Of a stretch of DNA of 32,000 bases, positions 26,258 through 32,000 are shown piece after piece. The stretch's first letter is position 1; every line of letters begins with the position of its first letter. The DNA is from Candidatus Iainarchaeum sp. (GTDB lineage Archaea > Iainarchaeota > Iainarchaeia > Iainarchaeales > CSSED10-239). The stretch covers positions 186,418 to 218,417 of the forward strand of contig JBBISB010000001.1 in assembly GCA_037441475.1 (NCBI GenBank). Reading direction: 5' to 3'. Below the pieces are notes generated by a model. That model was given only the letters and a program-made list of their open reading frames with translations, was not told the DNA's origin and did no database searches. Both the position numbers and the translations under genes were made by a program.

Positions 26258-27361
26258 TTATTTTTTATAATCCTTTAAAAACTTCTTTTCAAAAGCATTA
26301 AAAGTCCCCTTCTCTATTTCTTTTCTAGAATCCTCTAAAAGTCTATGAATAAACCTTATATTATGAATAGACAAAAGAATCTTAACACCAGGCTCATCAA
26401 GCCTTAAAAGATGATGAAGGTATGAAAGAGTATGGGCCTTACAGGTAGGACAATCACAATCCTCCTCTATAGGTTTGAAAACCTCCTTATACCTTGCCTT
26501 CTTAAGGTTAATAGGCCCTTTCCTTGTGAAAATATGACCATGTCTTGCCATTTTTGTAGGGTAAATAGAATCGAAACAATCAACACCCTTACCAACAGAA
26601 ACAATAATGTCCTCTGGAGAACCAACCCCCATCAAATACTTTATTCTCTCCTCATCCAAGTGCTTTAGGGAATAATCAATTGCCTTATGCATGGCCTCTT
26701 TTGGCTCCCCTAAGGCAAGCCCACCAATAGCAAGACCATCAAAGGGAAGCTTGTTAATCTCCTTTGCACATCTCTCTCTTAGGTCCTTATAGACCCCACC
26801 CTGAACAATACCAAAAAGCATTTGCTTTTTGTTCTTATGAGCAAGTAAAGCTCTATTTGCCCATTGAATGGTTCTTTCTGTAGCAACCTCGTATGCCTCT
26901 CTTGAAAGATTAGCATCCTGCATATCATCTAAAATCATTGCAATATCAGAACCAATAATGTTTTGCATCTCAATTACCTTTTCAGGAGACATGAAATGCT
27001 TGGAACCATCAAAAGGAGATTTAAACCAAACACCCTTATCATTCATGGAAATAAAGAACTGTGGGTTTTTAAGTTGAAATCCACCTGAGTCTGTGAAAAT
27101 AGATTTTTTCCAACCTATGAAACTATGATAACCTTTTGCCTTCTTTAAAACCTCACTGCCAGGCTTAAGGTAAAGAAGATAGCAGTTTGAGATAAAGCAC
27201 TGTGTGTTTATTCTTTCAAGAGAATCAAGAGTTATAAACTTTGCAATACCCTTTGTTACAACAGGCATAAAGAAAGGGGTCTTAATAGTCCCATGACTGG
27301 TCTTAAACAAACCAGTTCTTGCTTTTGTTTTTTTATCTTTTTTTTCTATCTTGAAACTCAT
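26258..27361 (-). CDS. tgt: tRNA-guanine transglycosylase, bacterial-like (no PUA extension)
   Basis: TPFFMPVVTKG...FTDSGGFQ...LFGIVQGGVYKDLRE...GLAIGGLALGE...FDSIYPTKMARHGHIFTRKG...CDCPTC zinc site; 367 aa. Confidence 0.92.
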   Translation of the reverse strand: MSFKIEKKDKKTKARTGLFKTSHGTIKTPFFMPVVTKGIAKFITLDSLERINTQCFISNCYLLYLKPGSEVLKKAKGYHSFIGWKKSIFTDSGGFQLKNPQFFISMNDKGVWFKSPFDGSKHFMSPEKVIEMQNIIGSDIAMILDDMQDANLSREAYEVATERTIQWANRALLAHKNKKQMLFGIVQGGVYKDLRERCAKEINKLPFDGLAIGGLALGEPKEAMHKAIDYSLKHLDEERIKYLMGVGSPEDIIVSVGKGVDCFDSIYPTKMARHGHIFTRKGPINLKKARYKEVFKPIEEDCDCPTCKAHTLSYLHHLLRLDEPGVKILLSIHNIRFIHRLLEDSRKEIEKGTFNAFEKKFLKDYKK

Positions 27362-27382
27362 AAATATTCTTTTTTTATTATT

Positions 27383-28567
27383 TTAGTTTGAAACCTTTGA
27401 TGCCATGTATATTATTAATAAAAAGAAAACACCAGTTATTAGATAAACAAAACTAATATTTAAAAACAATAAAACAAAACCAAAAAGAAGTCTTGAAGTT
27501 AAACTAAACAAACTATCTGAGGTTCTGTATACACCATAGTATCTATCAGCAATAAACTGATTAACATTATTAAAAAAATAAGTCTCACAGGTAGGCTCTA
27601 GGTAAGCTGCACCAATAACAGATATTAAAACAAAAAATAAAGTTAGATAAACATTATTAAAAATAAAAGCAAGGATTAAAGAGGAAGAAATAATTATTGT
27701 TCCTGTTAAAAATAATTTTTTTTTTAAAGTAACATCTATTCTCTTAGCAATTAAGTACTCTGTTATTATTAAAGGAACAGCTAAGATACCTAAGTAAATA
27801 CCAATAAAGCTTGGAGAAAGACTGTTTAAAATGATATAGAGAGGAGTGAATATATAGATTACAGACCAATAGAAGGAAAGACCACCCCTTATAAAGTAAA
27901 GTTTGAAAAGTTCCTTGTTTCTAAAGTAATCAACAATGTTCTGTCTTATGGTTCTTAGGTTTATTGTTGTTGGTTTATTCTCCTCATATGACTTTATCTG
28001 GTAATAAAGGAATAAAAGCCAACCTATGAAAATTAACAAGCCAATCATTAAGAAGTTGTTTAAAAGACCATACTTGTAAAGAACAAAACTTGAGATTAAT
28101 GGACCTACAACCCAACCAATGTTTCTGACTGTGTAATAGTAACCCTGTATCTTACCTAGGTTTTCAAGAGTGGTTGAATGCCTTAAAATAATTGCACTGC
28201 TGTTTAGATGAAGGGTTAAAGAGATGATTGCAAGACCAATCAATATTGCAAAGAAAACAACATTCTGTAAAAAGTATAACAAAAATAAAGAAAAACCCAT
28301 CAAAAGAGTGCTTACAAGCCAGACATGTGTTACTGGGTACTTGGAGTACATCTGGGTTAGGAAAAGATATGTAAAAAACATAATCACTATTATTAAGGCA
28401 CTTACAAAACCTACAAGAAAAGGGTTATGTAAGATACTGTCCAAGTAAAGAGAGATTATACCATCATAGATACCCAAGGCAACACTTATGAAAAAAATTA
28501 CAAAAATAAACTGAAAGGCCTTATCTTGGATAAATATTTTTGGACCTGACTTTAGTTGAAAATACAT
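27383..28567 (-). CDS. Major facilitator superfamily transporter
   Basis: 394 aa, about 12 TM; LEKLGKIQGYYYTVRNIGWVVGPLISSFVLYKYG. Confidence 0.8.
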   Translation of the reverse strand: MYFQLKSGPKIFIQDKAFQFIFVIFFISVALGIYDGIISLYLDSILHNPFLVGFVSALIIVIMFFTYLFLTQMYSKYPVTHVWLVSTLLMGFSLFLLYFLQNVVFFAILIGLAIISLTLHLNSSAIILRHSTTLENLGKIQGYYYTVRNIGWVVGPLISSFVLYKYGLLNNFLMIGLLIFIGWLLFLYYQIKSYEENKPTTINLRTIRQNIVDYFRNKELFKLYFIRGGLSFYWSVIYIFTPLYIILNSLSPSFIGIYLGILAVPLIITEYLIAKRIDVTLKKKLFLTGTIIISSSLILAFIFNNVYLTLFFVLISVIGAAYLEPTCETYFFNNVNQFIADRYYGVYRTSDSLFSLTSRLLFGFVLLFLNISFVYLITGVFFLLIIYMASKVSN

Positions 28568-28614
28568 ATTTTTTTCCTTTTTTTATTTTTGTCTTATCAA
28601 AGAAATATTCTTTC

Positions 28615-29463
28615 TTAAAAAAAGAAGTAAAGAATAACAAATGAAAAAATAACTCCGATTAAGATATATGGACCAAACCTTGGAAGGTTATCGTAGATTG
28701 GTAAAGTCTTAACTGTTAAGTTCTTAATGACAAGCATGTCCTTTTCCTCAATAACCTGTCTTTCCTGCATATTAAGCTTCTTTTTAATTTCCTCTGAAAG
28801 ATTTTCAAAGGAAACAACATCTCCCTCCTCAACTTCCTTTAAAGGCTTGTTTCTTAGGTAGATGTACTTTTTAATCTCCTCTTCAAAGAGAACAGTAAAA
28901 AGACCTACAAAGATTGGAAGAAGTAAGAACAAATATTCTTTTGAAAAACCAAGAGTGTTTACAGCAGTGCATAAAAAATATGTAAAGATAACAAAGATTA
29001 AAAGATATGCAACTATCTTTAGTCTTCTTTCTCTTAAGATTACTTTCATTTCTTTTCTTTTAATCTTCTTTGAAAGAATAAACATATACTTAACAGAGAT
29101 TATTAAAACTGAGGAAAGAGAAGAGATTATTAGGACCCAAAGAATAAACAACTGACCATTTACATATGGAAGTAAAAGGTTTAAGCCTAAAAACAGCTTT
29201 ACATCCCCACCACCAAGCTTACCGTAGTAATAGAAAAGATAGCCTACACCATAGATGATTGCGGTTATAACTATTACCTTTAAAAAATATAGATACCCTA
29301 AAGCATTGTATATAAAAGATTCAAAAATTAAAAATAAAAAACCAATAACTATTAATGGAAAAGTAATCCAGTTATAGATATACCCTGTCTTATAGTCTGT
29401 GTATGCACCTATACCTGATGCTATTAAAAGTATAAAAATTTTTATAAATAATAAATCAAACAT
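28615..29463 (-). CDS. Prepilin peptidase, A24 (archaeal GxGD aspartic protease) family
   Basis: ASGIGAYTDYKTGYIYNWITFPLIVIG and YYGKLGGGDVKLFLGLNLLLPY, multiple TM. Confidence 0.85.
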   Translation of the reverse strand: MFDLLFIKIFILLIASGIGAYTDYKTGYIYNWITFPLIVIGFLFLIFESFIYNALGYLYFLKVIVITAIIYGVGYLFYYYGKLGGGDVKLFLGLNLLLPYVNGQLFILWVLIISSLSSVLIISVKYMFILSKKIKRKEMKVILRERRLKIVAYLLIFVIFTYFLCTAVNTLGFSKEYLFLLLPIFVGLFTVLFEEEIKKYIYLRNKPLKEVEEGDVVSFENLSEEIKKKLNMQERQVIEEKDMLVIKNLTVKTLPIYDNLPRFGPYILIGVIFSFVILYFFF

Positions 29464-29513
29464 TCTCTATACACTCTTTTGTTATTTAACAATTTAAAAA
29501 GAAATTAAAAAAA

Positions 29514-30917
29514 TTACTTAAGCTTAAACTGCTTTGCCATCTCTTCCATTTGCTTAGGATCCATGTCATTGAACTTTGACATGTCAGGCATTTTTCCACC
29601 AAGCATCTTTTTCATCATGCTTGAAGAGTCTCCTCCTCTTGATGAAAACTGTTTAACAATTTTTCTCATTTTCTTAACATGGGAGGTAAGTTCCTTAACT
29701 TCCTCTTCCTTAGTTCCAGAACCTCTTGCTATTCTTTTAATCCTGCTCTTTGTTATGTCCTGTGGATCAAGCTTAAGTTCTTCTTTTGTAAAGGAATCAA
29801 GAATAAATTTATATTTTTTCATCTTCTCCTGCCCTAGGTTCATCTGGTCTGAGGAAAGAGAGTTACCTATACCAAGCATACCCATAACCTTTGTTAAAGG
29901 ACCTAGCTTTTTTGCAGCAGAGATTTGTTTTTTAAAAAGAGCAAATGAAAAATCACCTTTTAAGATATCCTCTGGGTTTAAGTCCTCTAAGTCCTCTGCC
30001 TCTTGAAGTTCTTTTACTTTTTCTAAAAGACCCTCTAAATCACCAAAACCTAAGATTCTTGAAAGATATCTATTGGCATCAAAAATTTCTAAGTCATCAA
30101 CCTTTTCTCCTGTACCTATATAGAAGATAGGGGAGCTTGTTATGTAACATGCGGTTAGGGCACCACCACCTTTAGCAGAACCATCAAGCTTTGTTACAAC
30201 TACTCCTTGTATACCAACAGCTTGGTTGAAGTTTTCTGCTTGTTCCTTTGCAGCCTGTCCAATATCTGCAGAAATTACTAAGAAAGAATATTTTGGTTTA
30301 AAGGCAGAATATATCTCCTTAAGCTCCTTTGAAAGCTCTTCATCTAAAGCAGATCTTCCTGCTGAATCAACAATTATTAGGTTTGCACCTTTCTTTTTTA
30401 AGAAACTAAGACCATCCTCTGTTATTTTTTTTGCAGAAGAATTTCCTTTTTCACCATAAAATAAACAATCAACTTGTTTTGATAACTGCTCTAGTTGTTC
30501 ATAAGCAGCTGGCCTATAGACATCTGCTGCTATTACACCAACCTTAAAGCCTCTTTTCTTATAGAACTTTGCAAGCTTTGCAGCTGTGGTTGTTTTACCA
30601 GAACCAAAAAGACCACAAAGAAGAATGGATTCTGGGTTTTCAGGAAGCTTTATCTGTTCTCTTCCACCAATGTACTTTAGGATAACATCATAACAGGTTT
30701 TTACTAAATGTTCTTTTCTTGTAAGACCCTCTGGTATCTTTTCAAAGGCCTCAATTTCTATTTCTTTTGAGATTTTTAAAACTAGTTGTACGTTTACATC
30801 TGAAGAGATTAAAGCTCTTTGGATGTCCTTTATGACTTCCTTTATTAAATCCTTATCGACATGCATTGAGTTTTTGATTTTATCAATTGCACTCTTTAAT
30901 TTATCTCCAAAACCCAT
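29514..30917 (-). CDS. srp54: Signal recognition particle 54 kDa protein
   Basis: LCGLFGSGKTTTAAKLAKFYKKRG, VIIVDSAGRSALDEEL-like NLIIVDSAGR, VVTKLDGSAKGGGAL, Met-rich C-terminus MMKKMLGGKMPDMSKFNDM. Confidence 0.96.
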   Translation of the reverse strand: MGFGDKLKSAIDKIKNSMHVDKDLIKEVIKDIQRALISSDVNVQLVLKISKEIEIEAFEKIPEGLTRKEHLVKTCYDVILKYIGGREQIKLPENPESILLCGLFGSGKTTTAAKLAKFYKKRGFKVGVIAADVYRPAAYEQLEQLSKQVDCLFYGEKGNSSAKKITEDGLSFLKKKGANLIIVDSAGRSALDEELSKELKEIYSAFKPKYSFLVISADIGQAAKEQAENFNQAVGIQGVVVTKLDGSAKGGGALTACYITSSPIFYIGTGEKVDDLEIFDANRYLSRILGFGDLEGLLEKVKELQEAEDLEDLNPEDILKGDFSFALFKKQISAAKKLGPLTKVMGMLGIGNSLSSDQMNLGQEKMKKYKFILDSFTKEELKLDPQDITKSRIKRIARGSGTKEEEVKELTSHVKKMRKIVKQFSSRGGDSSSMMKKMLGGKMPDMSKFNDMDPKQMEEMAKQFKLK

Positions 30918-31053
30918 ATTTAAAAACGTTTGTATGTTTTTTAATATTATATTATATATAATATATCAAAAGATATAAATATAAATTGATTTAAAGAGAA
31001 TATATTTAAATATAGTTAAAAAGTTATTCTTTTATTTGAAGAATATATAGAAG

Positions 31054-31479
31054 GTGAAAGAAATGCCGAAACCAAAAACAAATAAAAATCCTTTCTTAGA
31101 AAAAATAAAAAAACTAAAAAGACCAAGAGATATAACCCTGACAACAAAACCAACACCAAATAAGTTTAATGCAGAGAAACAAATGATATTAAGTCAATCA
31201 AAAAATTCTCAACAAGCATTAAGAGAGATTGGAAATAAAAGTAGAAATATTGAAAAAAATATTAATGAAAAAGCATCTCGTGTTTTAAAAGTAAAAGCAA
31301 GTTCTTTAGAGATTAGTGAAACAAGGATAAAAAATATAACTGCAAATATTGAAAGAGTAATTAAGGATAAAACTATTGATAAAAAACAAAAAGAATTATT
31401 CTTAAGAATACTACAAAAACAACTTGAAAGTGCAAAAGAACAGTATATGATTGAAAGAATTAAAAAAGAGTGTAGGTGA
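31054..31479 (+). CDS. Basic, coiled-coil-like hypothetical protein
   Basis: 141 aa ORF ending in TGA. Confidence 0.5.
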   Translation: MKEMPKPKTNKNPFLEKIKKLKRPRDITLTTKPTPNKFNAEKQMILSQSKNSQQALREIGNKSRNIEKNINEKASRVLKVKASSLEISETRIKNITANIERVIKDKTIDKKQKELFLRILQKQLESAKEQYMIERIKKECR

Positions 31480-31486
31480 TTTTAAA

Positions 31487-31609
31487 ATGCCAGGACCAAA
31501 GAAAAAACCATTAATTCAACAAAAGAAACCAAAAAACTTACCACAATCAGATAAAGAGGTTATGGAAAGATTTAAAAAAAGTGTTAAAGAAGCATTTAAT
31601 AAAAAATAG
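31487..31609 (+). CDS. Short basic hypothetical ORF (not in supplied track)
   Basis: MPGPKKKPLIQQKKPKNLPQSDKEVMERFKKSVKEAFNKK*; 7 nt after the previous ORF and 7 nt before the next. Confidence 0.45.
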   Translation: MPGPKKKPLIQQKKPKNLPQSDKEVMERFKKSVKEAFNKK

Positions 31610-31616
31610 ATTAAGC

Positions 31617-31925
31617 ATGGATGAAAGAATTAACCAAAAACTAATAGAGCTTAAGCTTAGAAACTACTTAGATAGATTTTCTAAGCGTAGGCATATTGAA
31701 AAAGACATTTCTGATTTCATGGCACTTGTAAAAAAGATACAAGAACATAAGACCATGAAAGAGAACCCTACTTTTAAAAGTATCATAAACCAAACATATG
31801 AAAGAATAATGGATATTAAACAAAAAACTAAAGAAGCAGAAATATCTAAAAAACATATGGAAAAACTTGCAAGAGAAAGAAGAAGTGTTTTAGAAAAGCA
31901 CTTTAAAAAAAATAGACCTAAATGA
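31617..31925 (+). CDS. Basic helical hypothetical protein
   Basis: MDERINQKLIELKLRNYLDRFSKRRHIEKDISDFMALVKK...; ATG at 31617 preferred to the track start 31581. Confidence 0.5.
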   Translation: MDERINQKLIELKLRNYLDRFSKRRHIEKDISDFMALVKKIQEHKTMKENPTFKSIINQTYERIMDIKQKTKEAEISKKHMEKLARERRSVLEKHFKKNRPK

Positions 31926-32000
31926 TTCTTTCTATAATATACTCAGGAGAAAATTTTTCTATATCCTGATACTCTTGACCTGTACCTATATAGAAAATAG
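31918..32000 (-). CDS. ftsY: C-terminal end of FtsY (SRP receptor), continues beyond the window
   Basis: Minus strand reads ...IFYIGTGQEYQDIEKFSPEYIIERII*, matching the SRP GTPase C-terminal pattern (compare FYIGTGEKVDDLEIFD in the SRP54 of this window); not in supplied track. Confidence 0.7.
   Translation of the reverse strand, partial: IFYIGTGQEYQDIEKFSPEYIIERII

Overview
The window reads as an AT-rich archaeal chromosome segment, probably DPANN/Woesearchaeota-Pacearchaeota-like. The assignment rests on archaeal-type SRP54 and FtsY, a form II/III-like RuBisCO, an archaeal-type integrase, class III pilin-like N-termini and a GxGD prepilin peptidase. Core content: a HerA/FtsK-like ATPase with an in-frame intein in its Walker A motif; two MFS transporters; SlyD-like FKBP; MscS; DoxX; a large beta-propeller exported protein; a TspO-like membrane protein; Hsp20; RuBisCO; HD hydrolase; PD-(D/E)XK nuclease; a KTSC protein; RadC; a bacterial-looking TGT; SRP54; the C-terminus of FtsY; and four tRNAs on the minus strand (Glu-CTC, Leu-AAG, Thr-GGT, His-GTG). 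Accessory content: (i) an archaeal integrase ORF that starts inside the tRNA-Thr anticodon loop and runs through its 3' half, next to decayed cargo (nonsense/frameshifted methyltransferase and PLP enzyme); (ii) a cluster of three pilin-like genes carrying CHB_HEX, DUF285/BspA, PKD-like and RCC1 domains, the third interrupted by one in-frame TGA; (iii) a toxin-antitoxin-like pair with ATGA overlap and a degenerate toxin, bracketed by 37-nt direct repeats. I do not see a complete novel defence system. The best candidate for something undescribed is the pilin/adhesin cluster. All family names are from motif recognition by eye; no database search was run.
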